From assembly GCF_006345805.1 (NCBI RefSeq), contig NC_043001.1, positions 66,030,001 through 66,094,000 on the forward strand: a stretch of DNA of 64,000 bases, read 5' to 3'. The translations under genes were made by a program, and so were the position numbers. How positions within the stretch are numbered: position 1 is the first letter of the stretch; the number at the start of each line of letters is the position of its first letter. Below, one piece after another: positions 27,018 through 40,533 of the stretch. The notes beneath the pieces are model-generated. The model did no database searches, was not told the DNA's origin, and saw only the letters and a program-made list of their open reading frames with translations. This stretch comes from Octopus sinensis (lineage: Eukaryota).

Positions 27018-27283
27018 GAATTAATAGAGAAGGTAAACGTTAATGGAATAAAATTTTATTTTAGAGTAGTCTGTATATCCAACAATATTTGGGTTATCTG
27101 ATCGACCATAAGCAGGAAATGCGCAAACTACTTGCCACTTGATTACAGTCAATTTAATTCCGAAATATTTACAATAAAAACTGGGTACTGTCCACAAAGA
27201 GCTTCTGGTGAAACAATTAATCGGGAAGTAATTCCTTTTTAGCTTCTTTCGTTGGATGAAGAGTGGGTAAAGAAGAAACTCAT
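27018..27283 (-). other. Candidate host exon (unverified, about 88 codons)
   Basis: Acceptor ttttttttattag| then open frame DEFLLYPLFIQ...PAYGRSDNPNIVGYTDYSKIKF...*; no recognisable family; could be chance. Confidence 0.2.
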
Positions 27284-27834
27284 CTAATAAAAAAAATCAA
27301 ACAAAATCATTTTCATCAACAAATAACGATAGAAAACAACACACACATTCACTCACATAAACACATACATACAGCCGCACACTTAAACACCCAGGTAAAT
27401 CCACACAGTAATGAAGCAAATGTAAAGTTGTGTATCAGAGTAACATGCCACTATGTGAATGTAAGTTTATTCACATACACTTGTTCACGTAACCACAAAA
27501 TTCAAGATCTGTTTTGACTTATACAAAAGAATTTTATCCTTTTATCAGGAACTGACTTGGATTCTTCACGGGTAAAAGTAAATTAATCACATCAAATGAA
27601 ACAATATATTGCTCTCATTAAATGTCTTCGCCTGTAGTTCTTTCCACTTTTATCCTTCTCTGTAAGAAAGAAAATTAAGTGTGAATGTATGGTGTTCTTG
27701 ATTTTATTATTCATGGTTTAGTGAAAAGTGGCGGGGCAGCATCCATGACCATTTTCAGGGCCTCCAAGACTGGTGGGATAAATAGAAGTCATCTTTATTC
27801 CGATTATTTGGCCTGCATGTTTGCAACAGAGTAG

Positions 27835-27987
27835 ATTCCATTAAAATTATGTGGTAGAGGTTTTTATCATTTTGTGTTGTGTAGCAGATTGATGGAAAGT
27901 TCATAGCTGATCGATTCGATCGAAGGTATATAGCTGATTGAAGGTATATAATTAACTGATCGAAACAACTAATCGATAATTTTAATG
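27835..27987. mobile_element. Small MITE, copy 1 (TIR ATTCCATTAAAATTAT family)
   Basis: About 110 bp shared with 36721-36847; cattaaaattat / ataattttaatg inverted ends. Confidence 0.6.
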
Positions 27988-28568
27988 ACAGACATCCAAT
28001 TTTTATCGTGATTGTTTAAATTATGTTTAAACTCCTTTTTAGATATTGAACAGAGAATATTTCAAAGAAATTTGGTTGTTATGTCTAGCATGTGAATCAA
28101 CCACAGAACAGTTGTCACAATAGCTTATTGCTATTGTTGTTGTACACTTCTACATCAGCTGTGATCAAGCAGAACATGGATCTAACTTATGTCAGCCATG
28201 ACTGTCTAATTTTATGGCTAAGGCTATCTAATAAGACCCTTCTTTAAACAGTTGGAGGAACCTGAGGGGTATTTAGTTGTTATATCTAGCAAGTGAACCA
28301 ATTACTTCGGTAGGTTGTCAATAGTGATTTTCGATGGTCCCATTCTGTGACAGAATATTCTCGGTAAACTGATTCCTGACCTAATTTTCATTTCCAGTTT
28401 GGAACCATTTCAATTACTCGATTTATATATTCAGTAATTTAATATTAATTCCCAGAGTTTAACAAAACCTTCTAGAAAGCAAAATTCTCAACCCTTTGGC
28501 ATTAAAATTTTAGCATTAAATTAACCTAACCCTCATCTCTCTTCTGCATCCGGAACAGATATAAAATG

Positions 28569-28625
<57 letters not shown>

Positions 28626-28720
28626 TGTGTGTGTAAATGTGTATATCAGTGTAGTACTAGAACTTTTAGCAATTATATATTCTTTTCATAAATTCACATC
28701 CAATCCAGTTTTAATAGAAA

Positions 28721-28774
<54 letters not shown>

Positions 28775-28776
28775 AA

Positions 28777-28837
<61 letters not shown>

Positions 28838-29097
28838 CGTATACATAACTTATGTGTGTGCGTATATATGTATATACAAATATACAATCCATATATACAC
28901 ATATGAATATACACCATACACACACACATATATGTGTGTGCGTGTCTGTGTGTGTATGTATCTGTTGTCTACAATACCTGTCTTCGTCTTTTGTTTTTTT
29001 TTTATGAAATCTCACCCTATATATTTATACCAGAGTAACCACATAAATGCGAAACAAGGTGGAAGAATAGTACTCGAATACCAGAGGTACTGTAATA

Positions 29098-29267
29098 TAC
29101 TTTATTTAAAAGCAGTAAAAATAATACAAAAACTGTTACACTGAGTTTCACATCCCCGTTCGTCGGACAGTTTTGTTTAGAATTCCAAACAAAACTGTCC
29201 GACGAACGGGAACGTGACACTCTGAGTAACAGTTTTTGTGATATTTTTGCTGCTTTTTAATAAAGTA
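29098..29267. repeat. 170-bp fold-back with a perfect 24-bp core stem
   Basis: 29155-29178 and 29187-29210 are perfectly complementary; outer arms imperfect. Confidence 0.85.
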
Positions 29268-29566
29268 CATATTTATATATGTGTGTGTATGTGTGTGTGT
29301 ATTTAGATATGTCTGCGTGTATGTGCGCGTTTGTGTGTGTGTGTGTCTGTATACGCGCGCGTGTGCGTGTCTAAATGCATAAATATACATTTTAATATAA
29401 ATATATTAAGTACTTATAAAATACGCATGGAATGTCGGCATCAAATATTTGGAGGAAAAAAGAAAGTAATTTCGATTTGATGGAAGAAAGAAAGAAGAAA
29501 AACACAACTCAACATCATCTCTTTCTGAAAATAGATTTCTCTGCCATACATATAAATATACTTATA

Positions 29567-29627
<61 letters not shown>

Positions 29628-31249
29628 GTCTAACTTAATTATGTATATATATATATTATTATATATATATGTATAAGTATATATATATATATATACTTCT
29701 TCAGTCCTTCATCCTTTCACCCCTACTCCCCTTCCCTTCTTCCCTCTTTCTCCCTCCCTCCTTCCCTCTTCCCCTTCCCTCTGCTCCCTCACTCCCCTTC
29801 TCTCTCCCCCTCTCCCTCTTTCCTCCTTCCTCCCCCTCCCCTTCCTTCTCCCCTCCTCTCCTCTTCCCCCTCTCCTCCCCCTCTTCTTCCCCTCCCCTTC
29901 TCCTCCCCCTCTTATCCTCACTACACCACACGACTTTACACATCACATCATATATGATGTGCCATACTAATACATACACCAACTAATACATACTAATACG
30001 TACTAATACATACTAATACATACTAATACATACACCAACCCTATACATACACACGTCCAGACCCCTCATACGCACTTATACTCTCTCATACACACACACC
30101 ACACACTTGTACATACTAATACGTACTAATACATACTAATACATACTAATACATACACCAACCCCATACATACACACGTCCAGACCTATCCTACGCACTA
30201 ATACTCTCTCATACACACACACACACACACACACACACCCTTATACATACTAATACATACTAATACATACACCAACCCTATACATACACACGTCCAGACC
30301 TTTCCTACGCACTAATACCTGGTCATTCAACCTATTATCAACCCTATTATCTCCCTTATTCGCTCTCGCGTCTCATGTTTGATCTTTGACCTCTGCCGAA
30401 ATCAGATCGCCATGTTGATTCGTTAGTTACTGCACGCATTTTTTTCTCTCCTTCTTTCTGTGTTTTTTCTCTCTGTGTATCTTTCTTTAAAGAGCGTAGA
30501 CTCGAAACGTTAAAGACTTGTTTTATTTATATTTCCTGAGCGCCATACTAATACAATTGTTTGTTTGTTTTCCACCTGCCTTCGTCTTTTGTCTATTTTC
30601 ATAAAGCTTCCCGTTATATATTATGCGCTCTCGTGGTCTCACTTTCATCCTATATTCTACCAATACCACTATCAACACTTACCTCTACCTTGGATTTTCT
30701 TTACCTCTTGGATACTTACCATTGGCTGCACCTCTCTTTCGCGGATCAAAGTGACTTTGCATTGATGTGAAATCCTTAAAAAATATACACGACGTCTACA
30801 CATTTCTCACCTTGAACTTTCAACCTTGAACTTGTTCGCATAAACTGTCCCGTTTGTTGTATTTTTATTTTCTCATATATTACCACTTTTTTTACATTCA
30901 TTTCATGCTTTCCACATTTTCCTGCATTTTTGTTCTCCTTTCCGTCTTTCTTCCCTCTCTGGATGTCCATACTCTGTTTCCTCTGCCTGCACCCCCCTTT
31001 TTTGCCTCCCCCTCTCTCTGCTTCCCTTCTTTCTTTCCCTTTTCCGTTTGCCCCGTCTTTTCTGCCCCTATCGCTTACTTATCTAGTTTTTTCATACGAT
31101 TATTATTATTATTTTTTTTTGTTTTTTTGAACGTTTGTTTTTTCCCCTTTTTTTCGCTATCCTTTTTTTCTATTTTTTTCATACGAAAATTTTTTTTTTG
31201 TTTGTTTTTTTGTTTTTTCGAACGTTTGTTTTTTTTCCGCTATCCCATC

Positions 31250-34119
31250 ATGCCGGATCCTAGGTCCTACCTCCTCACCCTCCATCATCGTTTGAAGGAT
31301 CATCTCCGTTCTCTTCCTGTATATTGCCTTCAGCCGTCCGTTAATCTCTCTCTACTTCTTTTTTAAAAAACCCGCTTCTCTAGCCATGTCTCTTTCCTAA
31401 GCCGCTGCCTACATCACCGACTCATCCCTAAAGGTTTCCGCCTCCACTTCCACCCTGCTCTCCACTCGGATTCTTCCATCTTACCCATACTCCGCACCAC
31501 ATCTTACCGCCTTATGCGGGCCACCATTCGCTCCAATCTCTCTAAACTACATGCCATCAACCGCCTTCTTCCTCCTGCTTTCTCCACCTTCTTCTCCTCT
31601 CTGCCGCCTCTCTATGCTCCAAACACGCTACGCTTCATTATCCATTTGAATCAACTCTTCCATCAATTTCTTTCTGATACCAAACTTCGTTAACTCCAAT
31701 CACTCTTCCATTCCACCCTACCCGACGCCACTACCCCAACTCCTCCACCACCCTTCTCCCCTCCCGATAGGCTCCATCCACCCACACCTAACCCCACTGC
31801 CCCTCCCTACAACCCCTTCTCCCCTCCCGATAGGCTCCATCCACCTACACCTAACCCTACTGCCCCCACACACCTCCCCAATCCCCCCTCAGACCTCCAC
31901 GAGACCTACCACCCCTCCTACTTCTATTCCACCCACCCCTTCTCCACTTCCGTCTGTTGTTACCATTCCCCCCGATCTTCCCCTCTCTGCGGCTGAACGC
32001 TCCGTCCTTGGTAGGGGTCTGCGTGTCATCCCCCTCACTCCATCCTGTAAGGAATTCCAGACGCGAGTTGATGTCCACAGCTTTGTGCGCCGTGTCCGGT
32101 TGGGTGCGCATTACCACGACTCGCCACCCACACCCAACGAAGAGGACTGCTTCACTGGCCTGGGGCCGCGACCATCCCCGTGGACGCCTGCCCCTGGCCA
32201 GATCCTAGCAGTGGATCTTTTCGCGGGCGCTTGTCAGCGTGCATTGGAGCGGTTCAACTTCTCCAGGCGCCAACGCCGCCTCAACATCTCCCCGGCTGAG
32301 CTCTTGGCTCTTCGTTCCCTCCAACGGCGCGCTGACATTATCTTCAAACCGGCTGATAAGGGTGGAGCTGTAGTGGTGTGGCGCGCGGACCTCTATAGGG
32401 CCGAGGCTTTCCGCCAACTCAATGACACCTCCTTCTATTCCCCTCTGCTCTCTAACCCCACACGTAGCTACCAACAGACGGTATCCTCTACTGTCCGCGA
32501 CCTCATCTCGTCCTCCCGTCTCCCCCGCACCGCATCCAACCTAATTGTGCGAACCCCACGTACCCCCACCATTTACTTCCTCCCCAAAATCCACAAACCC
32601 AACAACCCTGGCCGCCCCATCGTCTCCGCCTGTAGCTGCCCCACGGAGCTCATCTCTAAATACCTCGACTGTGTCCTTGTCCCCCTCCCACATCCACGAT
32701 ACCATCCGGCTTTTCAACTCTTTCTCCTTTCCTCCCGGCTCCTCCAAAATCCTTTTTACTATGGACATCCAAAGCCTCTATACTGTTATCCCTCATCACG
32801 AAGGACTGCAGGCCCTTCGACATTTTCTTGACCTCCGCTCTAACCCTGTACCTGACACCTCCACACTCATTCGTCTGGCCGAACTTGTCCTTGTTCTGAA
32901 CTGCTTCTCGTTCGCGGGCGAGTTCTACCATCAGGTCTCGGGAGTGGCCATGGGAACGCGAATGGGCCCCAACTATGCGAACCTGTTCGTTGGCTATGTT
33001 GAGGCCCAAATATTCTCTAATTTCACTGGTCCCACTCCTGAACTATATGGTCGTTACATTGACGACATTATCGGTGCCACCTCACTCTCCCGTGAACATC
33101 TAGATTCCTTCCTCTCTTTCGTCCAATCTTTCATCCAGCCCTCCACTTCACTTCCACTATCTCCAACACCTCTGTCTCCTTCCTCGACATTTCGGTTAGC
33201 ATTCTTCACTCCACTCTTACCACCTCCATTCACTACAAACACACAGACTCACACTCATACCTCAACTTCTCTTCCTCCCACCCAGAACACCCAAGCTTTC
33301 CATCCCCTATTCCCAATTCCTCCGTCTACGTAGGCTCTGTAGTGACGACCATGACTTTGAGACTCAGTCTCGACGTATGGCTCACCACTTCACCCTACGT
33401 GGATACCCCCTCACCACTATCCACACCGCCCTTGCCAGAGCACGGTCCGTGGACCGTGTATCTGCTCTCTCTCCCCGAACCCGCCCTGTAGTCTCCCGCC
33501 TCCCTTTTCCCCTCACTTACACTACCCCCCAGATCCTACGTCTCCAACGCACCATTCTTCGAGCTTTCCATCATCTCCAGTCCGACCCGTCCACTTCACA
33601 CCTCTTCCCTAACCGACCCCTCCCCTCTTTCAAACGATCCCACAACCTTCGAGACCTTTTGGTCCATAGCTCCTTCCCTGACCCTACCCCTCTCCAACCC
33701 GGCTCGTTCCCCTGCTCCCGCCCACGTTGCCGCACTTGCCCTTACCTCTCCAACACCACCCGCCTCACTAGCACCCACCATCGACTCTATCCCATCATCC
33801 ACTCCTTTCACACTGCACCTCCAGCAATATTATCTATTGCGCCTCTTGCTCTCTCTGCCATTCCTTGTACATCGGACAAACGGGACGCCGCTTGGCTGAC
33901 CGGTTCGCGGAACACCTTCGTGACATCCACCTTGCGAACGACACAACCGGTCTCACGCCATTTCCGCTCCACCGGTCACTCCTTGCAACACCTATCTGTG
34001 TTCGTTTGTCCTTACACAGAGGCCATCCGGATTCCCGTTTGCGCCGTGAACAGGAATTAATCTTCTCTCTTCGCTCTTATACGCCATTTGGTCTCAACTC
34101 TCCCCCCCTCCTCATCTAA
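31250..34119 (+). pseudogene. Frameshifted PLE RT-GIY-YIG polyprotein
   Basis: ATG at 31250; consecutive ORF pieces 32085-32831, 32545-33333, 33377-34060 and 33865-34119. Confidence 0.85.
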
Positions 34120-34842
34120 CCCCCCTCTCCCCCCTCCTCACAGATCCTTCCCCCCGACCCCTACTTCTCAGTCCTTCATCCTTCACACCCCTACTACTCC
34201 CCTTCCCTTCTTCCCTCTTTCTCTCCCTCCCTCCTTCCCTCTTCCCCTTCCCTCTGCTCCCTCACTCCCCCCTCTCTCTCCCCCTCTCCCTCTTTCCTCC
34301 TCCTCCTTCCCCCCCTCCTCTCTCTCCCCCCTCCTCTCCTCTTCCTCCCCCCCCCCCCTTCTCTCCTCCCCCCTTCTCTCTCCCCCTCCCCCTCTTCTCC
34401 TCACTACACCACACGACTTTACATATCACATCATATATGATGTGCCATACTAATACATACACAACAATACATACTAATACGTACTAATACATACTAATAC
34501 ATACTAATACATACACCAACCCTATACATACACACATCCAGACCCCTCATACGCACTTATACTCTCTCATACACACACACACACACACACACACCCTTAT
34601 ATATACTAATACATACTAATACATACACCAACCCTATACATACACACGTCCAGACCTCTCCTACGCACTAATAGCTGGTCATTCAACCCTATTATCAACC
34701 CTATTATCTCCCCTTATTTCGCTCTCGCGTCTCATGTTTGATCTTTGACCTCTGGCCGAAATCAGATCGCCATGTTGATTCGTTAGTTACTGCACGCATT
34801 TTTTTCTCTCCTTCTTTCTGTGTTTTTTTTTCTCTCTGTGTA

Positions 34843-34880
34843 TCTTTCTGTTGAAGAGCGTAGGCTCGAAACGTTAAAGG
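34843..34880 (+). ncRNA. Minimal type-I hammerhead-like motif in the PLE 3' pseudo-LTR (variant core CUGUUGA)
   Basis: TCTTT-CTGTTGA-A-GAGC(GTAG)GCTC-GAA-ACGT-T-AAAGG; decayed copy at about 30480-30516. Confidence 0.55.
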
Positions 34881-34976
34881 CTTGTTTTATTTATATTTCC
34901 TGAGCGCCATACTAATACAATTGTTGTTTGTTTTCCACCTGCCTTCGTCTTTTGTCTATTTTCATAAAGCTTCCCG

Positions 34977-35022
<46 letters not shown>

Positions 35023-35090
35023 TATATATATATACATGCATACATACATAATACATACATACATATACATACATACACACACACACACAT

Positions 35091-35171
<81 letters not shown>

Positions 35172-35217
35172 GTGTGTGTGTATATAATATATATGTGTGT
35201 GAGTGTGTGTGTGTGTA

Positions 35218-36503
35218 CGAGGGGCGTTCAATAAGTAATACCTCGGACCCACTTGCAGTTGTTTGATCTAGCTGAAATTTTGCATGTGCAATTATTTATA
35301 TCTCTATAGGTTAAGTGGCAAATTACAGCCCTGAACTAATTGTGGTTTTTGATTTACAGGTGTTTGAATTGAGTCAAGTGTGAAATGGAGCATGTTGAGT
35401 GTCGAGCTGTGATCCGGTTTTTGTATTTGAAAGGACGCACACCACGGGAGACTTTTGATGAAATGAAAGTAACTTATGGTGATGATGCCCCATCATATGA
35501 CCTTGTAAAACGCTGGCATCGTGAATTCAAACATGGTTGGAACTCTGTGGAAACAGCTCCCAGATCTAGTCACCCCCTTCTGCCATTGATGAGGCATCTG
35601 TCCGTCAAGTTGAGGCTGCCATTTTGGAAGATCGAAGCATAACTATTCGCCAAATAGCCCATGAGGTCAAGATTAGTACCGGGCCTGTGGAAACTATCAT
35701 TCATGACCATTTGCATATGCAAAAGGTGTCTGCCAGATGGATTCCCAGGTTGCTCACACCTTTCCAGAAGCAAGAACGCATCGATTGCTCGAGGATGAAT
35801 TTGGAGATGTGCCAAGAAGATGAGTCAAAATTTTTCAAAAGACTGATTGCATAGGATAAAACCTGGGTCCATCACTATGATCCAGAAACCAAAGCCCAGT
35901 CAATGCAGGAGAAGCACCGTGACTCACCTCCTCCAAAGAAGGCAAGGGTGCAGCCCTCCGCTGGCAAGGTCATGCTTACAGTCTTCTGGGACCAGGACGG
36001 AGTAGTGAAGACAGATTTCCTGGCAAAGGGTGCCACAATTACAGGAGTCTATTATGCTTCACTTTTGAGGAAATTAAGAGAAGCTATCAAAATCAAGAGG
36101 CGGAGCAAGATCAGCAAAGGCATCCTCCTCCTGCAGGACAACGCTCCAATACACAACTCGCGTGTCGCCAGATCAGAAGCACAGGCGTGCGGCTATGAAC
36201 TCATCCCCCATCTGCCCTACTCCCCTGACCTTGCACCCTCTGATTTTCACCTCTTCCCAGCCATGAAGTTGTTTTTGAAAGGAAAGCGTTTCCCAGATGA
36301 TGCAGCCTTGATTTTTGAAGTCACGTCGTGGTTGGAGGACCAAGCTGGGGTCTTCTACAAAAACGGTCTTCAGAGCTAAATCAAACGATGGGAGAAATGC
36401 GTAACTCTGGGTGGTTCCTATGTAGAAAAATACTAATAACTGTTCCAAGTTTCGTTGCTCTATGGGAAGTGAGTCAGGGGCATTACTTATTGAACGCCCC
36501 TCG
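35218..36503 (+). mobile_element. Full-length mariner transposon (1286 bp) with inactivated DD34D transposase
   Basis: TA TSDs (35216-17, 36504-05); 22-bp perfect TIR cgaggggcgttcaataagtaat; WIPRLL, HHYDPETK, QDNA, YSPDLAPSDFHLF motifs; frameshift near 35580 and TAG at about 35852. Confidence 0.95.
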
Positions 36504-36507
36504 TATG

Positions 36508-36705
36508 TGTGTGTGTTTGTCCCCCTAGCATTGCTTGACAACCGATGCTGGTGTGTTTACGTCCCCGTCACTTAGCGGTTCGGTAAAAGAGACCGATAGA
36601 ATAAATACTGGGCTTACAAAGAATAAGTTCCGGGGTCGATTTGCTCGACTAAAGGCGGTGCTCCAGCATGGCCGCAGTCAAATGACTGAAACAAGTAAAA
36701 GAGTA
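36508..36705 (+). mobile_element. 3' portion of an abundant SINE
   Basis: Reverse complement of about 37020-37200. Confidence 0.75.
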
Positions 36706-36720
36706 TACATATATATATAT

Positions 36721-36844
36721 ATTCCATTAAAATTATGTGGTAGAGGTTCTTATCATTTTGTTTGTGTAGCAGATTGATGGAAAGTACATAGCTGATCGAT
36801 TCGATCGAAGGTATACAGCTGATTGAATGTATATAATTTAATGG

Positions 36845-36847
<3 letters not shown>
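36721..36847. mobile_element. Small MITE, copy 2, in (TA)n
   Basis: attccattaaaattat ... ataatttaatggaat inverted ends flanked by TA repeats. Confidence 0.65.
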
Positions 36848-36879
<32 letters not shown>

Positions 36880-37019
36880 TAATACATATATATATATACA
36901 TAATTAAGTTAGACATGGCCTGGACCAATCTTTGGCCGAAACATATCTAAGTTTATCTAAGTTTATATATGTATATATGATATATAATATAATATATACT
37001 CTCTCTCTCTCTCTCTCTC

Positions 37020-37422
37020 TTTTACTTGTTTCAGTCATTTGACTGCGGCCATGCTGGAGCACCGCCTTTAATCGAGCAACTCGACCCCGAGACTTATTCT
37101 TTTGTAAGCCCAGTACTTATTCTATCGGTCTCTTTTGCCGGACCGCTAGGTAACGGGGACATAAACACAAGAGCATCGGTTGTCAAGCAATGCTAGGGGG
37201 ACAAACACGGACACACAAACACACACACGCATATATATATATATGTATATACATATATACGACCGGCTTCTTTCAGTTTCCGTCTACCAAATCCACTCAC
37301 AAGGCTTTAGTCGGCCCGAGGCTATAGTAGAAGAAACTTGCCCAAGGTGCCACGCAGTGGGACTGAACCCGGAACCATGTGGTTGGTAAACAAGCTACTT
37401 ACCACACAGCCACTCCTGCGCC
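37020..37422 (-). mobile_element. tRNA-derived SINE, full length
   Basis: Head ggcgcaggagtggctgtgtggtaagtag...ggttccgggttcagtcccactgcgtgg on the minus strand; related decayed copy at about 39630-39905. Confidence 0.85.
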
Positions 37423-37439
37423 TATATATATATAGGAAG

Positions 37440-37686
37440 GTATGTATGTAGTATGTATGTATGTAGTATGTATGTATGTATGTATGTATGTATGTATGTA
37501 TGTATGTATGTATGTATGTATGTATGTATTATGTACGTACGTACGTACGTGCGTGCGTACGTACATACATACATACATACATACATACATACATACATAC
37601 ATACAAACATACATACATAGACACATACATACATACATACATACATACATACATACATACATACATACATACATACATACATACAT
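37440..37686. repeat. Inverted microsatellite pair (TATG)n then (CATA)n
   Basis: Direct reading; joined by a (GTAC)n self-complementary centre. Confidence 0.9.
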
Positions 37687-38389
37687 AATTAGGTAGGTAT
37701 GTATGTGGGTCTAGGATGTGTGTATTTCTGTCTGTATATGTGGGATGCCTTTGTGTGCGCGTGTCTGTGAGTATAATAATCATGTATAAAGCGACTTGAT
37801 GCCTCCTCTTTTATTACGTGCAGCCTGAAGCTAGAGGTAGAAAACAAACGTCACTAGAAGCTTTTGTTAGAAATATTAGTGCTTAATTTATTATCAGTTT
37901 ATAGAAGCGGGATTAGAACTTCAGAAAAACAGATTTGAAGGCTTAGGGCTTGTTCCATTGGAGCCTACCGTGTATATGTGAGTGAACATTCATTGATGTA
38001 TAACAGTATGTTTAGGTGAGTGATCAATCTAATTATCATCTTGCTATGATCAGGTTGATCTGGATTTTCATTTAGCTACTCCAACCAAGATATTGATACT
38101 TCAAACATACACTAATAGCCTGCTAGATGTAGCAGCCAGTTCTACTTCGGGTTACACTTAACCGCCGTCTTTCATAAAGACAATAGAACATATAGTACGA
38201 TGAATGTTGTCTAAAGAGCATTTTGCTTCAAAAGAAAATGGGTAAGTCATGGCTGAATTGGTGCTTTATCATATATCTACTGAATCAGGACCGTTTGACG
38301 TTAAACAACTCTCACTGGAATAATTGTACTCAGCGCTGCAAGTGAATGAACCAGCACTACGAATTATGTCACCATTCTCAGTTTTAGGG

Positions 38390-39280
38390 AATTGATTCTG
38401 CCCAAAATACTTCACCTATAAAATGGCAATATGGACTGGTTCACCGGAACATGAACAAGTCCATATGATAATTAACTGACTATAGGTATTTGGTGAAGAT
38501 GTGCTGAATGAGTGCACTGTACGTCGATGGTTTTAGAAGTTCCGGTCTGGTAACTTTACTCTTGAAAATCAGCCTCGTGGTATACGTGAGACCAAGGTGG
38601 GTGAGGATGAGCTGCAAACTATAGTGGAAGCGGATACATCTCAAACTGCGCTTGTGTTAGCAGCAATGTTTGATGTTTCGATTCCAAGTGTATTGGACCA
38701 ACTGAAACAAATCTGCAAGGTAAAGAAACAGGACAAACGAGTACCACACGAACTGAACGAACATCAAATGACAAATCGTCTTGAAATTTTCTGTTCTTTG
38801 CTGCCACGGCATAAAAGTGAACTCTTTTTGCATCGTATTGTTACGTGTGATGAAAAATAGATACTTTTCAACAATAGCAAGCGTTCTGCATGATGGTTGG
38901 ATAGACACAAAGTACCAAAGCACAATCCGAAAAAGAATATTTCACCAAAAACCGCTAATGGCGTCTCGTGGTCTAGCGGTGATGTCATCCACTACAGCTT
39001 TATGAGACCTGGTAAGTCAATTACAGCGGATGTATACATCAACCAATTGGATGAAGTAATGAGTGAATTTGCAATTAAACAACCGAGATTGGTCTGTAGA
39101 AACAGGCCAATTCTCTTGCAAGAAAATGTTCGACCACATGTTGCACAAAGAACGCTACTGGAGAAGATGCAAAAACAGTGTTTCGTGATTTCATCACCTC
39201 TTGCCCTCCAGAATTCTTCGCTGTCGCATAAATAAGCTAGCGATAAAATGGCAAAATTGTGTTAATAATTTAGGTGCATA
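38390..39280 (+). mobile_element. Degenerate Hsmar1-like mariner, internally deleted
   Basis: WF*KFRSG, RVPHEL, RIVTCDEK, IHYSF, PILLQENVRPH motifs. Confidence 0.85.
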
Positions 39281-40487
39281 CTTTGATTAACTGTATTGCT
39301 TTTTATTGAAAGTAAAATAAACTTTCAGTTCAGAGTCGGACATTTCATTCTTAATGACTATATATATATAATATATATATATATAATATATATATATATA
39401 TAATATATATATATATATATAAGTGGTGTGTGTGTGTGTGGTGTGTGTGTGTGTGTGTGTGTGGTGTGTGTGTGTGTGTGTTTTGGAACGAGACCAGCAA
39501 GTTTCTGTGGCAGGGAAGTCGATTACATCGACCACAATCAACTGGTACTTATTTTATCGAACCCAAAAGCAGCAAAGGCAAAGTCGACCGAATGGCATTT
39601 GAACTCACCGCCTTATTTTATACATCTTTTATCTTTAATCTTTACTTGCTTCAGTCATTCGACTGCAGCCATGCTGGGGCACCGCCTTGAAGAATTTTCG
39701 CCGAATGAATCGACTTCAGTACATTTTTTAAAACCTGGTACTTAATTCCTCTTTTGCCGAACCGCCAAGTTACGGGAACGTAAACACATCAAATGTTAAC
39801 TGGTGGTAGGGGAACAACCACAGGTACAAAGACACACACAGATGTATACATACATATATGTATACGTACATATACGATGGATTTCTTTCAGTTTCCTTTT
39901 GACGAATTCACTCACAATACACTTACCCAAGGTGTCACGCCGTGGGATGTGTATGTTGTGAATGTGTTAGTTTGGTGTGTGTGTGTATGTATGTATGTGT
40001 ATTGTATACATATGTGTATGTGTGTGTGTGTGTGTGATGAGAGAGATATACAGTCAAACAGAAGGACAGACAGACAGCAAATATCAAAATCTGCAAAATG
40101 CAAAATCAAGATTTGATAGTTCAGAATCAAAATTATTAATTTGACTTTCAGCGTAATGGAAAGAGTTCCTTGTTTTAATATTTCGAGGATTGACTTTCTT
40201 TGGATAGTGGAAAGAGAGAAAACATGAGGAGCACAAAAATAAAGTAGAAAAAGCAGAGATTAAAGTGCAATTCTCACAGCATTTTGCTAAATCAGCCATA
40301 AATTCATATGGTAAATATATATATATACTGACAGTCAGGATTTAGCCTGACCATTTGGCTATGGAGTGGTCACTACTGACGAGCTTGCAATTTTCAGGCA
40401 AAACTGGTCTAGTATAGTCATCTAGCTTCGCTTATGAGGTGGTTATCTCCCCTATCTGTATATGAAAATAATATCTTCTTGCGGCTC

Positions 40488-40533
<46 letters not shown>

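Larger units (their letters stand above)
29694..34980 (+). mobile_element. Penelope-like element (RT + GIY-YIG) with two direct pseudo-LTRs (29694-30620, 34162-34980), inserted in (TA)n
   Basis: N-terminal FSSHVSFLSRCLHHRLIPKGF; RT KPADKGGAVVVW, LPKIHKP, GRPIVS, MDIQSLYT, GVAMG, RYIDD; GIY-YIG YIGQTGRRLADRFAEH; direct repeats of about 0.8-0.9 kb. Confidence 0.95.

Noticed and set aside
27540-27661. Strong minus-strand acceptors here and near 1035, 16192 and 41660
   Set aside because: All frames close quickly or lack donors; such sites are common in AT-rich DNA and could not be chained.
29980-30310. Regularly spaced repeats resembling a CRISPR array
   Set aside because: Eukaryotic context; units are tandem sub-repeats of a PLE pseudo-LTR with no unique spacers.
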